A stretch of DNA of 63,957 nt, the filler included, from Chiloscyllium plagiosum (taxonomy: Eukaryota), in NCBI RefSeq assembly GCF_004010195.1. It is 4 parts of one record of this genome, joined end to end, with 100 filler letters (N's around TTAATTAATTAA, not from the genome) between each part and the next. Parts side by side here need not be neighbours in the genome. Positions count along the whole stretch, not along the records: positions 1 to 30,406 come from NC_057716.1; 3 more parts are not named here. One strand, 5' to 3'. Positions 1 to 13,935 of the stretch are shown in pieces (the first letter of the stretch is position 1; each line of letters starts with the position of its first letter). The notes below the pieces were generated by a model. That model made no database searches, was not told the DNA's origin, and saw nothing but the letters and a program-made list of their open reading frames with translations. The position numbers and the translations under genes are program-made.

Positions 1-335
1 GCCAGAGGCCTGAACCCCATTGCTTACCCCTGGTAAGTCCCCCCCCCACAAGTATCCGAAACGGTATACTTGTTCTTGAGGGGGACGGCCGCAGGGGGTC
101 CCTGCACTGGCTGCTTCCTCCCAGTCCCCCTCACTGTCACCCATCTATCTGCCATCTTTGGAGTTACTACTTCCCTAAAGCTCCGATCTATGACCCCCTC
201 TGCCTCCCGAATGATCCTAAGTTCATCCAACTCCAAGCTCCAGTTCCTAACACGGTCTTGGAGGAGCTGGAGATGGGTGCACTTCCTGCAAGTGTAATCA
301 GCAGGGACGTCCATGGCATCCCTCAACTCAAACAA
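1..335 (-). mobile_element. CR1 LINE ORF1 fragment
   Basis: TCRKC zinc-finger-like motif, coiled coil LELDELRIIREAE and VPLKNKY, typical of the CR1 ORF1 N-terminus. Confidence 0.8.
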
Positions 336-2779
336 TTTCCTAAATTCTTGATAAAAGATCCAAAATCATAAAGCATGGCAATGATCTACTGACAAAAGTG
401 TATGTCTTTCACTAAGACAGTTATAGGTTCATGCATTTATAAATTCATAGAGAGTAGAAAAGACACTTTGACCCATCAAGTCTGCACTGGCAATAAAAGT
501 ATGTTAATCCCAATTTCCTGCAGTTGTCCCATTTCCTTGAATGTTATGATATTTGGAATAATCATCCAAATTTTTTTAAGTTTGTAAGGTTTCCAGCCTT
601 CACTACCTTTCCAGACAGTGCATTCTAGATTTCCACCACCCAATGAGTAAAAAGGTTATTTTCCCAAATCCCCTCTGAATTTCTTACCCCTTACCCTAAA
701 ACTGTGCCCTCTCGTGATTGACCCCAAGTTGTAGCATGATCAGTGATGCGCATTTCACTTCTGTAAAGAGTTCTGTTCTATGTCATAAACCTCTGCTCTT
801 TGTAACCAGCTTAGTAGCCACAGACACTTTTATGTCAATTATTAGCACTATTAAAGCAGGATATAGGTGCCAAAGAGCCCATATGGTGATTGGTTACATT
901 ATCACAATTAACATGAATGGCAGGGGAATAAAAATTAATATCCAGTAGAGGGCAAGGGCCAAAATAGGATCATATCAGCCGACACTAATTTATTTCATTA
1001 TTTGTAATATTCTCATCCATTCTGCCTGAAATCGATAATTTAACCCTTGCTTTTGTAATGTTCTGTTCAATTCATATTATGAATTGGTTTAGAGACTTTG
1101 GGGAGTTATTAAAAAAAAAGTCTGCCAGCAGTTTCAAAACATAAACCACAGTAATGGAGGCAATTTAACTGATGAAAGTGTAATTATCTGGCTTTGCAGT
1201 ATTCAAAACCCACATGCCAAACCTACATGCAGAATACGGCTACATTTTAAATATTTATGCGGTGACAGATAAGTACTTAACCATGACCAAATTAACTGGT
1301 CTTGCTTTTTACATAAATACTGTTGATAACTATTAAAGTATTAATTCAGTTAGAATGATTAATGAACTTGTAGGAATAAACTGCCTGGGGGTGAAAGACT
1401 TTATACACTATCTGTACACTTCTACTCTTTTCTGTCAGATAAGTATCAGTTTTGAATAATAAATATGAGTAATATTTTTACTCAGTGTCACAACCACAGT
1501 AGGAGTGCTATGATTTGTGAATTCTGGTTAAAGAGATCCTGTCATGTTTTATCTCCTCAAAATGAAAACAAAAAGGAAAGGTGGGGTGCTGGGGCAGCAG
1601 TAAGATTTCTTATATTTCAAAGATTCTCCTGATGACAAGTTCTTGGCTGCACAACAGCAACACCTGCTACTAATGTACAGTGATATTAGTCTGTGGAATG
1701 GTTTCATTCTCATCTCACACCTCAGAGATCCTGAGGTGAACCCTGAGCTTCCCTTGTGTGTTTAAATCAGCTTAGTGTCTCTTGCTGTTTAGTGATTTTC
1801 AGTGCTCTGTTACCTCTGTGATGAAAAGATACACGGTCACCTTTTCCCAGTGCCTTTAGGATTAAACGGGGCAGCATACTTTCACTTTCTGCATTGCACC
1901 TCTTTCCTTTGTAGTCAGTAAAAGACTAACAAGAAAAGAATTAGCTGATCCGGGAATCAATTTGCAGCAAGCCTCCCCACAGTTTTCTCAATTGTGAGCA
2001 TCATATGTCATTTGGAATTGCAACCTGGAGCTCCGTGCATAAGCATACTTTTCAAACCCAAAATAACTGAAGCAGGGGAAGTATGTCATTTGCTTTTCTC
2101 TACAAGAGACAAAATGAAAATTGTATTCTAAAATTTAACTTTTCTGATCTTGTGAACTGAATTATAGACCACCCACCCAATAATTCAATTGTTGACAAAA
2201 GATTTTATGAATAAATTATAAATATTTTGTTCAATGTTATTATGTGCTTGAATCCTCACTAAACAATATCTCCATAACACTGGCTGACCAATTTATAATG
2301 TTTTCCCTTGGAGTCTGCCTGTCAGTACTGCAACTGAACACAACCTTTGTAATCCATAGGCATGACACAACTTGAAAAAACAAATCTGAAATTTTACTTT
2401 AATAAGGGGGAATTAAAATAAGTTGAAAACTCAGTAATGACTAAAAGCATTGGTTATTTTACACAAATGTAAATAAACCTGTATTTTCTGTTCCCTGAAC
2501 AGTCTTCAATCAAGCTGAGTTATACTGCCTTGCTCATTATTTTTCTGGTCAGGAAAAAAAGCAGTGTTCTCTGCACACATACTTAAATGCATGCACAGAA
2601 TTCTGCTCACCAGCCCTCACCAAAGGACTTTAGTGTCTGAATTTTTTGAATGTAGTCTGTCTTGCTGATGGTTCACTAGCATATAAAAAATGTAAGCTCT
2701 GGTTTAAAATGTGAAGGACACTGCCAGCTATGGAACCACTGACTGGCAGTTGTAGCATTTTGTGGAAAATTAGTTTCTT

Positions 2780-3150
2780 TTCTTTTATTATTCATTCACA
2801 GATGAGGAGCATCACTGGTCTTGTCAGTATTGCTGACAAAGCCAGCAGTTATTGCCCATCCTCAACTGCCCAGAGGGCAGTTAAAAGTCAATACATTGTT
2901 GAGGATCTGGAGTCACGTACAGGCCAGACTAGGCAAGGATGGCAGTTTCCTTCTCTAAAGGGCATTAATGAACCAGATGGGATTTTTCTGACAATTTTCA
3001 ACAGATTCATAGTCACCTCTAGACACCTAACTCCAGATTTTTAAATTAAATTCCAATTCCACTATCTGCCATGGCGGGTTTGAATCTGGGTCCCCAGAAC
3101 ATTATCTGGATCTCTGGATTAACAGTCCAGTGGTAAAGTCATGAAGCCAT
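2780..3150 (-). mobile_element. tRNA-derived SINE (non-HE1 family) with LINE-like 3' tail
   Basis: B-box-like head at the right end (plus strand gggtttgaatctggg). The tail at the left end resembles the LINE 3' end at 47930-48190. Confidence 0.65.
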
Positions 3151-3739
3151 TACCTCCCCATTTTAACGACTTAATGGATTCATTATTTTCAGTATGCGTG
3201 TAGATTTTGTGCTCTGGTAATATTCTGACATGTGGTCCATGCAGGGTATTTAAAGATGTGGGGGGTGGCTCACTTATTTGGGTGTGAAACAAGAAGTAAG
3301 TTTCCCAATGGCAGATTGAAGTCTTGCTGTTAAGTTCTAAAAACCTTCCAGCTTTTCCAATCTTCATGGTGAGGAAGCTCTTTTGCATTTAATAGCATGC
3401 GCGAATGCATATTAACACCCTAGTGTGCTGGAATTATATTCATGATCACAAACTTATTAAGCAAAAATGGGAAATGTGTGTTTACAAGCCAGCCTCTATA
3501 TGCCTGTTCAAGCAAGGCAGCCACATTGGTTGATACCAGCAAACCTGACTAGGGCAAGCAAGCAATGCTTTACTTAAAACGTGGTTCAATTCAAAAGGAT
3601 AGCAGATACATGGGAACATCATCATCTGAAAGTTCTATTCCAAGCCACACACCATCCTGACTTGGAACTATATTGCAATTGCTTTACTGTTGTTGGGTGA
3701 AAATCACAAAACCCCCTTCTTAAAAGAACGATGCATGTT

Positions 3740-3975
3740 AGAGAGTCAGAGGAATGTACAGCACAGAAACAGACCCTTCGGTCCAACTCATCCATGCCAA
3801 CCAGATAGCCTAGGTTAATCTAGTTCCATTTGCCAGCACTTGGCCCATATACTTCTAAACTCTTCCTATTCATGTACCCATCCAGATGCCTTTTAAATGC
3901 TGTAATTGTACTAGCCTCCACCACTTCCTCTAGCAGCTCATTCCATACACTCGCAACCCTCTGTGTGAAAAAGTT
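3740..3975 (-). mobile_element. CR1 LINE 3' end
   Basis: gaaacagacccttcggtccaac terminus shared with the other CR1 copies in the window. Confidence 0.85.
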
Positions 3976-4004
3976 TGGAAGGCACTTAGATTAAATTATG
4001 ATGA

Positions 4005-4285
4005 CTCAGTCGTTAGCTCTGCTGCCTCACAGCACAAGGGTCCCAGGTTCAATTCCAGTCTTGGGCGACTGTCTGTGTGGAGTTTGCTCATTCTCCCCGT
4101 GTCTGCCTGGGTTTCCTCCGGGGTGCTCTGGTTTCCTCCCACAGTCCAAAGATGTGCAGGTCAGGTGAATTGGCCATGTTAAATTGCCCAAAATTTTAGG
4201 TGCATTAGTCTGAGGGAAATGGGTCTGGGTGGGTTACTCTTCGGAGGGTTGGTGTGGACTTGTTGGGCCGAACGGCCTGGTTCTC
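4005..4285 (+). mobile_element. HE1-type SINE (V-SINE)
   Basis: gctgcctcacagc, ggttcaattcc B box and V-domain tgtggagtttg...ggtttcctcccacagtccaaagatgtgc. Confidence 0.88.
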
Positions 4286-5374
4286 TCCTTACAGATGCTG
4301 CCAAACTTGCTGAGATTTTCCAGCATTTTCTCTTTTTTCGCTGTAGGGAATTTAACCTTAACCTTAAATTCCCGAACACTAAGCTCATGACATGCACATT
4401 TTGTAGACAAATTTTCAACGAGTGTACTGGATAGAATGGAGAGTTGGATATTGGTACAGAAAGGGTTTAGTTATCAGGAGCACAGGAAGCATCTGGGGAA
4501 TGGCGCAAGGCAAGCTGAGGTGAAAATCACGTGCTGGCAGCAAGGGTAGCAAGAAGAGTAGAAGCTGCATAATACAGTGGGATTCACAATTAGATATGCT
4601 GGATAAGGAGAAAAAGCAGGTAAATAGGATAAGAGGTGTTGCAAGGGTAGGATTGGCCAAAGGTTCTGAATCTGAGTGGGATTGGGGGGAAGAGCAGGAA
4701 TATCATGGGAAATCATGAAAAACCAGTTGTTACAGGCAAAGGTTAAAAGGGCAGGCAAGGGAAATCTAGAGGAACAAAGGCTAGTTGCAATGATGGTGGG
4801 CTTGGTTATAATGTGTGTGAAGATTGGGCTGGTGTTGGTAGGGTAGATAGTGAATGAATCAAATGAAAAATTTACAACCACCATCCTTTACTAAATCATT
4901 TTGCAAAAGAAAGGTTTATGCCGCAGAAGTGTCAAACATGCTACCTCCACCAAAGGAAAACCTAGCTATTACCTCTTGATGTTCAGGAGCATTAACATCT
5001 CTGAATCTCCCACTACTAACATCCTGGAAGTTACCATTGACTAGAAACTGAACAAGACCAGTTGTGAAGATACTGTAGCCACAAGGATGATCAGAAGCTT
5101 GGAATCATGTTTCTTTTTTTAGATTCTCATTTTTTAGATGTTGTAAGTCATCTCCTGTCTTCCCAGATAGGTTCAGCTCCAACAACACTCAAGAATCTTG
5201 ACATTGTCAACGAGCAGCCCACTCATTTGGAACCCCAACCAGCATGTTTAACGTTTTTGTTCTGGCTTGGAGGTGAGACCTAAGATTGCATAGAAAAATA
5301 TAGAAGTTTGTAGTATCATGGACTACTGCCCTTACCAAGAATTTCATTCAAATGATGATGATCTAAAAGCAATG

Positions 5375-5595
5375 TACTGCAAATCCTGGAAATCTAAAAT
5401 CAAAACAGAAAATGCTGAAGAAACGCAGGTGGTCTGGAAGCATCTGAGATAGGAGAAAATAAGTAGTTAGCATTTTGAGTTCAGTATAACTCTTCTTCAG
5501 AACTGAGGTGTCCTACTGGACTCAAAATGTTAACTCTGTTTCTATCTGCACCAATGCTACCCGACCTACTAAGTTTCTCCAACACTTTCTCTTTC
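5375..5595. mobile_element. Old palindromic PLE-derived short element
   Basis: Imperfect inverted repeat centred near 5500, with a decayed ctga-ga...gaaa-type core and a gcaaat-ctggaaatct terminus like the younger copies. Confidence 0.55.
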
Positions 5596-6417
5596 TAATT
5601 AAGATATTAGTGCTTGAAATGCAACTAGGACTAGCAGATTGGAGGCTGTAGATGGATGTAATGGCCCAATCTCCCCTTCAACATAAGGACATATCATAAT
5701 CTCCTGCTGCTTAGCAGCCTGCTCTGCAAGGAAGCTCAGGAGCTTTCTGATCATTATCCAGCCCTCCACAAACCCCAGTGTCTGAGCATGACTATACTTA
5801 TGTTCAGGAGGAGAGGAGCATTAAGAAGCATTACCACAGATACATGAGCACTTTGTCTGCCTTGATAGATATAAATAGAGATGTCAATCCCCAAGGCTGT
5901 GATTGTCTGCGTAGCAAGTCTTCTTACTAGTAAGAAGAATGTGAATCTGGGGAAAGTTAGTTGTTAAAGGGTTCTGAATGACAGGTTTTTCAGTGTCAGC
6001 AAAAAGTTACAGTTGAAGAAAAACAATAAAGCTTTACATGATGTGTATGGTAGAGATACCTGTGAGGCGTTCATCCTGACGCCACTTTTCAGGCTGTATC
6101 CTTGACCCATGCAAGCCTTCGGTGAAAAATTATTAAATGTATAGGCTGTCCTAGTTGTGAAGAAAGGTTGGTGAGTTGCCGATATGTAAGTCAATGAGTT
6201 CCTAGCTTCTTCTGTGTTTTAAGAATGAACCTTGCAGATATTTGAGTGAAGGTACAACGTGATGCCTGTAGTGCTACACTGGTAGCAGCACTCAAGTGAC
6301 AGACATTGATTGCACATGAAGCATTTGCTGGAGGTGCCAAGCCCACAACATCCTGTCTGACAATCCTAACTACAATGCCAACACAAATTCGTAAGGTCAA
6401 TGAGCATTGATGCATAC

Positions 6418-6626
6418 CCTGGTCGACAATGGCAAATCAAACATCCTCTTATGGCACCAAAGCCTCTTAAGCTGCCCATGGGAGGTGACCTCTGCAGCCA
6501 TCCCTGTCCAGGCTGCACTTGTTAGGTTGGGATGGCTCCTGGTTTCCATCCATGAGGAAAACAATTTCCATTCTCTCCTGGACAGACTCCAGGAGAAATT
6601 GTAGAGAAGTGTTGCTAAAGCATAAT
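6418..6626 (-). mobile_element. Decayed PIF/Harbinger Myb/SANT-like DNA-binding exon
   Basis: FSNTSLQFLLESVQERMEIVF, then a frameshift, then LTSAAWTGMAAEVTSHGQLKRLWCHKRMFDLPLSTR followed by a GT donor. Confidence 0.65.
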
Positions 6627-6954
6627 GGGCGGCACGGTGGCACAGTGGTTAGCACTGCTGCCTCACAGCGCCAGAGACCTGGGTTCAATTCCCGACTCCG
6701 GCGACTGACTGTGTGGAGTTTGCACATTCTCCCCGTGTCTGCGTGGGTTTCCTCCGGGTGCTCCGGTTTCCTCCCACAGTCACAAAGATGTGCGGGTCAG
6801 GTGAATTGGCCATGCTAAATTGCCCGTAGTGTTAGGTTAAAGGGGTAAATGTAGGGGTATGGGTGGGTTGCGCTTCGGCGGGTCGATGTGGACTTGTTGG
6901 GCCGAAGGGCCTGTTTCCACACTGTAAGTAATCTAATCTAACCTAATCTAATCT
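6627..6954 (+). mobile_element. HE1-type SINE, full-length and young
   Basis: A box ggtggcacagtggtta, B box ggttcaattcc, V domain, CR1-like tail and (taatc)n end; CpGs retained. Confidence 0.95.
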
Positions 6955-8084
6955 GTATTTTGTTTGCCTGATTTCTGCTCCAGAGATGTCTAGGTGTGAT
7001 GAACAGAGGTTGAGTGATGCTCTTGGGTTGTGGAGAGTCAAATGCTGTCCAGGTGCCTTTTAAATATGGCACCCAGAAGCTGGAACCCATAAAGTATGAG
7101 CAGTGGTCATAATTTCCTGTCCACCTGCTCATAAAGTTTGCAATTTTATCAATGTGTTCGTATGTAATGAGCTGAGAAGAGTGAAAATACATAAAAGAAA
7201 ACCCAACCCCAACTGCAGAACCATTTGCTTTAAAACCCTTCTTCAAAATTTTGGTTTGGGTGAGATATTTATTGTAAAACAATGAAGGTTGTCCAAATCT
7301 TTTTTCTGGGGAGGAAGAGAGGTTGGGGAATAGGGGGTCCAGGAGCTTCAGATATACATCTCAATTTTTCTTTTACTTAGGGCCTGGTGAGAAAACTTGC
7401 AAAGATTCATTGTGGTGCAACAGAAAACATGGATTTCAGAAAAACAAAATCCAAAGCAATAAATTGGCAAGTGAGATTAGAATAGTTAGGTGGTTATTTT
7501 TGATTGGTGCAGACACGATGGGCTGAAGGTCCTTTTTTTCTGTGTTGTAGATCTCTATGACTTTTTGACTATAAATAGCTGAATGTCTAATTAATAAAAA
7601 TGACCTCTAAAGAGTGCCAAGCAGAACAAATGAAAACTTTTGGTTATTGGCTAAGAAACAGCGCAATAGCCAGACAGATTAGATCCTATTTCCTGATCAC
7701 CAGGTAAGTGTAGGGAACCCGCCCAAGCTAAGGAATTGACTTGAATGAATACTGATCATAAAGCCACCTCTGATTAGGCCTTGGTGGGAATAATAAGGAA
7801 GTTGGTGTCAAAAGTAGATTACCTTTCAACCTGAGTTTTTCTTCTCTCTTAACCTGCTTTATGGATAAATGTTTGAAGAGGTCGAAGGAGATGTGGAATA
7901 GTTGGTATATGTTTGGCTTTCCATCTGTCAGTCTTGGGTTCACATATACTTTGCCTCTCCATTCCTCCCTCACTTTCCCATTCCCCCTCTCTATTTTGCC
8001 AATTTTCCTGTCTCTATTATCTTTTCTTCCTCTCTCTACCCATCTCTGTTTCCCTCGCTATTCTAAGCCAACTAGTGTGACCAG

Positions 8085-8355
8085 TTGTAGAATCCCTGCA
8101 GAGTTCAAACAAGCCATTTGACCCAACAACTTCACACTGACCTTCCGAAGAATAACCCACCCAGACCTACTCCCCCACCCTGTTACTCTACATTTACCCC
8201 TGACTAACACAGCTAATCTACACATCCCTGAACACTATGGGCCATTTTCAAATGGCCAATCCACCTAACCTGCACATCTTTGGACTGTGGGAGGAAACAA
8301 GAGCACCCAGTGGAAACCCACACAGACACTGGGAGAATGTACAAACTCCACACAG
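8085..8355 (-). mobile_element. HE1-type SINE, 5'-truncated
   Basis: Reverse-complement V domain (gcacatctttggactgtgggaggaaac). Confidence 0.85.
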
Positions 8356-8539
8356 ATTTCTCTCTCTTACTCCTTTTATCTCCTCTCTCTTACTCCTTTT
8401 TTTCCCTGGTCTCTTACCCCACCTTTCCCAATATGTCTCTCATACTTTGCCACCTTTATGCTGTATGCTTTCTCCACTGATCTCTCCACATCTACTGCCA
8501 CCTTCAATGATCTGTGCACATATACACGCTGTTTCCCTG

Positions 8540-9125
8540 TTCATTCTCCTCCTTGAGAATTGTACACCCTATGTTATACTGTCTTTCAGTGTTCTTCCAA
8601 CAAAGTGTATCGCCTCACACTTTCTGCATTGAGCCTCATCTACCATCTATCTGCCCACTCCATAAACTCGTCAATGTCTTTTGGAATTCCACACAGTCTT
8701 CATCACAGTTTACAATTCTTCCAAGTTCAGTGTCATTTGCAGACTTTGAATTTGACTCCTTCATTATCCAGATAATGAATATGTGTCAGGAAAATCCCAA
8801 CTCCTGGGGAATTCAGTTACAGACCTTCTTCCAACCCCCCCCAAAATCTATTAACCATTGCTCTCTGTTTCTTATCACTCAGCCAATTTTGAGCACAAAA
8901 TGCTCCTGTCCCATTTATAACATGATCTATAAATTTCCTCAAAGGTCTGTTGTGAGGTGCTGTACCAAATGCCTTTTGGAAATCCATATAATACCACATC
9001 AGTGATGTGATCTGCTTTGACACTTTCCGTTATCTCCTCAAAACATCCTGCAAGTTAGTTAAACATGATTTCCCTTTTGAAATCCTTACTCACTCTTCCT
9101 AATTAACCCACCTTTTTCCATGTGA
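8540..9125 (-). mobile_element. Old CR1 RT fragment
   Basis: YMDFQKAF and NWLSDKKQR in minus-strand ORF 8817..9023. Confidence 0.75.
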
Positions 9126-10319
9126 TTACTTACCCACATTTTTCTATATCAATACAAATCCTATCAATTTTTTGTCAATTCAGGGTCTGAGGGTATAAGA
9201 GTTCTAGAGGAGGTGTAGTTGGGGACGCATGGGGTAAGTTAGGGATCAGTCAAAAGTCAAGAGTTAAACTATGTATTTAATAGCCTAACTTTTCATAAGT
9301 AACAATTTACTCAACTGCAGTACAACCATCCAAATTCTTCAGTTTAAAAGAATTCCTTCAAAGGGCTTAGAAGTAAGGGAATTGCCCAGCAGAATATTTA
9401 ATTTCCCAGGCAAGCCCCTCAGAATCTGCTACATTGGGGATTTTGTAGGATCCCCATGCACAACCCCCGTCCATGCTTCAGAAATAATTATCTGGTTATT
9501 GGAAAATCCAGACGAGAATATTTTGCACAGATAAGCAAATTCACGAGTGGTGAAGATGTGAATGGCCAGACTTTACTGCATTCTTATATTGAGCTCATAG
9601 GTCCTCAGTAATCTGAAAATGGCTATTGAATGAATGTCGCAAGGGATTTGCTTGGGCAAAACCCAAAAGCAGCAGATCAGATTGTGATCTTAACTCAATT
9701 GAGCCAATTGATTTTGACTTCAGCTTTCAGGTCTCCAAGCTTTAAAGCATGCATGGTGCACATCTGCATAATGCAATCTCCTTTTTTATTTAAAGAGGAA
9801 GTGCACATATGGAAATTAATGGTATTCATAATGGATGGTGCATTTAGAGAAAGGACAACACTCAGATTTTAATGGCACATTGTTAAAGTATTACTGGGTA
9901 CAGGCAGCAGGAAGAGGTTCACTGTTCCACAGCAATATGAAACAAATCCTATGTCTCTCACTAAGAATCTGTGCTGATGCCATCTGAGGACTTTAACAGC
10001 AGGAGTATTGTTCTCTCGTCTAGGAAGCAATGTACTTGCATGTAATAGCAGTTCAATTTTGACCCTAACCAGGATTAAATATGAGTACATTTGCATATTC
10101 AACTACATCCAGTGCAATAACCCTCTTCAGTCTCTCACTTTGGCTCTTTAAGTGTTTTTCTTCATATTGTTCCTCACAGCCTTTCAACTTTCAGCAATAC
10201 TCTGTCTTAACTTTCTTCACCTCCCTCTCTATCCATCCACTTTATTTATCAAATTTAATATCTAATGTAGTATATGCAATATTATCAAATATGATGCATG
10301 ATTCTTATAATTTCTTCAC

Positions 10320-10925
10320 CAATCAGAGCATTAAGTATAGGATTTGGGAGGTCATGTTGTGGCTGTACAGGACATTGGTTAGGCCACTTTTGGAATATTG
10401 TGTGTACTGGGCTCCCTGCTGTAGAAAAGATGTTATGAAACTTGAAAAGGTTTGGAAAAGATTTACAAGGATGTTGCCAGGGTTGGAAGGTTTGAGCTAT
10501 AGGGAGAGTCTGAATAGGCTGGGGATGTTTTCCCTGGAGCGTCGGAGGTTGAGGGGTGACCTTATAGAGGTTTATAAAATCATGAGGGGCATGGATAGGA
10601 TAAATAGACAAAGTCTTTTCCCTGGGGTGGGGGAGTCCAGAACTAGAGGATATACGTTTAAGGTGAGAGGGGAAAGAGTTAAAAGGGACCTAAGGGGATA
10701 AAGAGTGGTGCATGTATGGAATGAGCTGCCAGAGGAAATGGGGTGGAGGCTGGAGCCATTACAACATTTAAAAGACATCTGGATGGGTAAATTAACAGGA
10801 AGGGTTCAGAGGGTTATGGGCCAAGTGCTAGCAAATGGGATTAGATTAATTTAGGATATCTGGTCATCATGTATAACTTGGATCAAAGAGTCTGTTTCCG
10901 TGCTGCACATCTCCATGTCTCTAAA
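10320..10925 (+). mobile_element. CR1 LINE, 5'-truncated (ORF2 C-terminus and 3' UTR)
   Basis: LYRTLVRPLLEYCV and RRLRGDLIEVYKIM motifs, plus CR1 3' terminus. Confidence 0.92.
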
Positions 10926-11209
10926 TGTAATACGTCCATTGTGTGACTATGGATCTTCCTTCACTCATAAGTTTTTTTTTTCACAAAGCAGACAGGACTG
11001 AAGGTTGGAAGGTCGAGTTAACTGATTCACAGGATGATGCCTGCTTATAAGTAGAGCTTTTTAATTCCTCTCAGTCAGAGATGGTTGTTCATAGGATGTG
11101 CACAGATAGCTGTACATTAATACGTTGCTTCAACTATTGCTGAATTTTGAAAGGACTAAGAATAATGTTTATCAAGGCTATGATCTTCTCATGGCCAAAT
11201 CATGTGACT

Positions 11210-11600
11210 ATTTATTGTCTTCCAGAGATGAAGATGCACTAAAATGAAGTAGGCCATCATTGAGGATGATTCCTCATTGGATTTTCTTCCTTCTGAAGAT
11301 GCACCATCACTGGCTATATTGGAATGTGCAAAAATGAGCATTCACATTTCCACGAATCCAGTTCGTCAGTTCATTGAGTTTTCACTTGATGATTCACACC
11401 TCACAAATGAACCTGAACAGTCACTGGTGACACGGACATCTGTGGAGAGCTCACATCAGGGCTGCAATCCTCATTAAGCTTTGCTCCATTTGCACATAGA
11501 TGCTGAATCTGGACACTATCACTAACGAAAGTGAAAGGTCCGTTAACAACTTAACCAGGTGCTTAAAGACATGGCACAGGCACTTTACACAATGCAGGTG
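11210..11600 (+). mobile_element. Possible downstream exon relic of a Harbinger Myb-gene
   Basis: Acceptor tttattgtcttccag followed by acidic SEDAPSLA...STNP, resembling segments near 18250-18340 and 51170-51270. Confidence 0.3.
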
Positions 11601-13554
11601 AGAATGGAGTAGTTCAATTCAATCAGTAGAAGATTGATGGAGTGGGAATTTATGAGATCTGTCATGAAATGATAGTTTGCATCTATGGAGCTTCACACGC
11701 AGCTCTCAAATGAGTATATATAAATCATATGCACTGTTTGGCAGATCTTGTACTCAAGGTCTTACAAGATGATCTCCATCAAGCTATTTTGCAAGGGAGT
11801 GGTAAGAGTGATGTGGTACTGTGCCAGGAAAGCGAGGATGATAAAATGCTTTGCATGGCAACGTTATTACCTAATTTATGACACTTATCAATTAATCAGC
11901 ATCCTTTTCTCATTCAGCGTAAATTGATGTTTCTTTTAAAATTTGGTCTTTCTGCATCTATCCTGATGAGTGCAAGAAAAAAGCATTTGTCCTTCTTCCT
12001 TCCAATTCTCATAGATGTTTGTAAGTCAAATTTGAAGGAGTTATCCAACATTTTTGATAAATCAGCCCTAGATTCCAGAACATCCTATCTAAATTTACAT
12101 TGGTGTGTTCTATTGTAGTAACATAACCCTTGGATATTGATTGAAGGAAAACTTCTTTTTATCTAAGCTATGGAATTGTTGTTAGATGCCTTAATATCTG
12201 TGTATGTGTCATCAGAGATCTCCTTTATATTTTGATCCCTCATTGACTGATAAACAGCTGAACCTCCTGTGTTTCTTTCCCAATTGGAAACTTGAATAAG
12301 TGTTTCTTTTTCAGGACTTCTGCTATTTGTTTAATGATTGGTATTCTGAAGTAAGGCTGATTGATGTGGCGAATGACATTGTTAGCCCAGAAAGAGCTGT
12401 TGATTTAATGCAGATTATCTGCAGTTTTAAAGAGTTAAAATGAAGAAAAGATGAGATAGGGACAGTGAGAAGAACTCTACTTCCAATAGTTGAGGGCTAT
12501 TGATGACAGGCTGTCAATGCAAGATTAAATGCAACAGGTTTTGAACAAATATTAATAGAAACTTGTTTACTATGGAATTATGAGAATCTGGATGTACTTC
12601 CAAATTCAGTAGATGAGGCAGTAGACATTTTAAGTCTTGATCAGATGGTGAGTGAGGAAAAAGAGATTTCAAAATGATGGAATGGAAGACTAACTGTAAA
12701 TAGGATCATATGCTTGCATGGATGGTGTTGATTACATGGACTGACCTGCCTGAATAACCTGCTTGTATAATTCCTACACACTTTTATAAAAACTTTAGGC
12801 TTGATAATCTTAAAAATAGTAAACACAATTGTTCCTGTAATTGTTTTTGTGTGAAAGTTTGGACTGAGTAAATACTGTAACTTTATGTCAGTTAATTCTC
12901 ATGAAGCAAAGATAGTGACAGCAATCAACTTCAGTAAATCCCAAATAAATGTGCCTGTGCCTGAAAACTTAACCTTTTGACTGGTACATATTGTTTATAT
13001 GCCAGAACTGAGGAATGTAAGCATGACTTTTCTTTACTCCTTTCCACACTATCTACACTTAATTCTGCAGCCTGCCACTGAAAATCTGGCAAAATCCCTA
13101 TGTTGTGAGAACTGTTTTTGTAAATGAAGCAGTTCCTGTTTGTTGCGGCAGAAAGTATCTGCATAAGCAGTCCTACAGTGCAAAAGCAGAAGAAAGTAAT
13201 GCTATAAAGAAAACACAGATATAGCAAGATAAAACATTTTAAAAAGTAAACTAAACTGTCACTGGCATCTTATGGAATTGTTTAAATGCATTCAAATGCA
13301 CAAATTCACAGCATTTCCTGTTTTAAATAAGTGAGCAGCGAGAAAAGAATAATTGATTAAAGTATTTGAAAGATATTATTTTGAATCCTTACTTTGTCTT
13401 CAAAAGTGAACAAACATTTTAAATTGCTATTTTATGGTCAGGTCAGTGCACAGTGCTGTATAAGCTCACGATGAAGGTTGTTGCTACCATCCCCTTTATG
13501 TGTAGGAAACTGCAGGGCCTGCTTGGTCTTGCATAATAGCACTTCCTGGTTTAA

Positions 13555-13935
13555 CCAGGACCTGATAGAAGATTATATTGTGAATGGCATAAATAAAATA
13601 GAAAGTATGAGGCTTTTCCCAAGGTGGAGGTGTCAATTATTAGGGGACACAGGTTCAATGTGCAGGTGTGGGGAGTGGGAATGTTTCAAAGAAATGTGGA
13701 AATCAAGTTTTTCTCACAAAGGTTGGTGAGGGCCAGCAATGCCAGAGGAGGTGGTGGAAGCAGACACAATAGCAGCATTCAAGAAGCACCTGAATGGATA
13801 CATGAATAGGAAGGGAATAGAGGGATACTGATCGTGTAGGTGAAGACAGTTTTCGTATGGAAGGGCAAGATGTGTTGGCACAGGCTTGAAGAGCTGATTT
13901 GTTTGTTCCTGTGCTGTGTTGTTCTTTGTTCTATG
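13555..13935 (+). mobile_element. CR1 LINE 3' fragment
   Basis: DLIE..IV, RGHRF and FFSQR motifs, plus 3' UTR. Confidence 0.8.

Noticed and set aside
6627..6705. tRNA gene
   Set aside because: It is the tRNA-derived head of an HE1 SINE, continuing into the V domain and repeated many times in the window.
9940..9975. FLVRD in ORF 9869..10102 as the SH2 signature
   Set aside because: Flanking residues do not match the SH2 exon (SQSNPK...) and no suitable splice sites are present.
10081..10701. 206-aa ORF as a gene
   Set aside because: Chance read-through from low-complexity DNA into a truncated CR1 ORF2.
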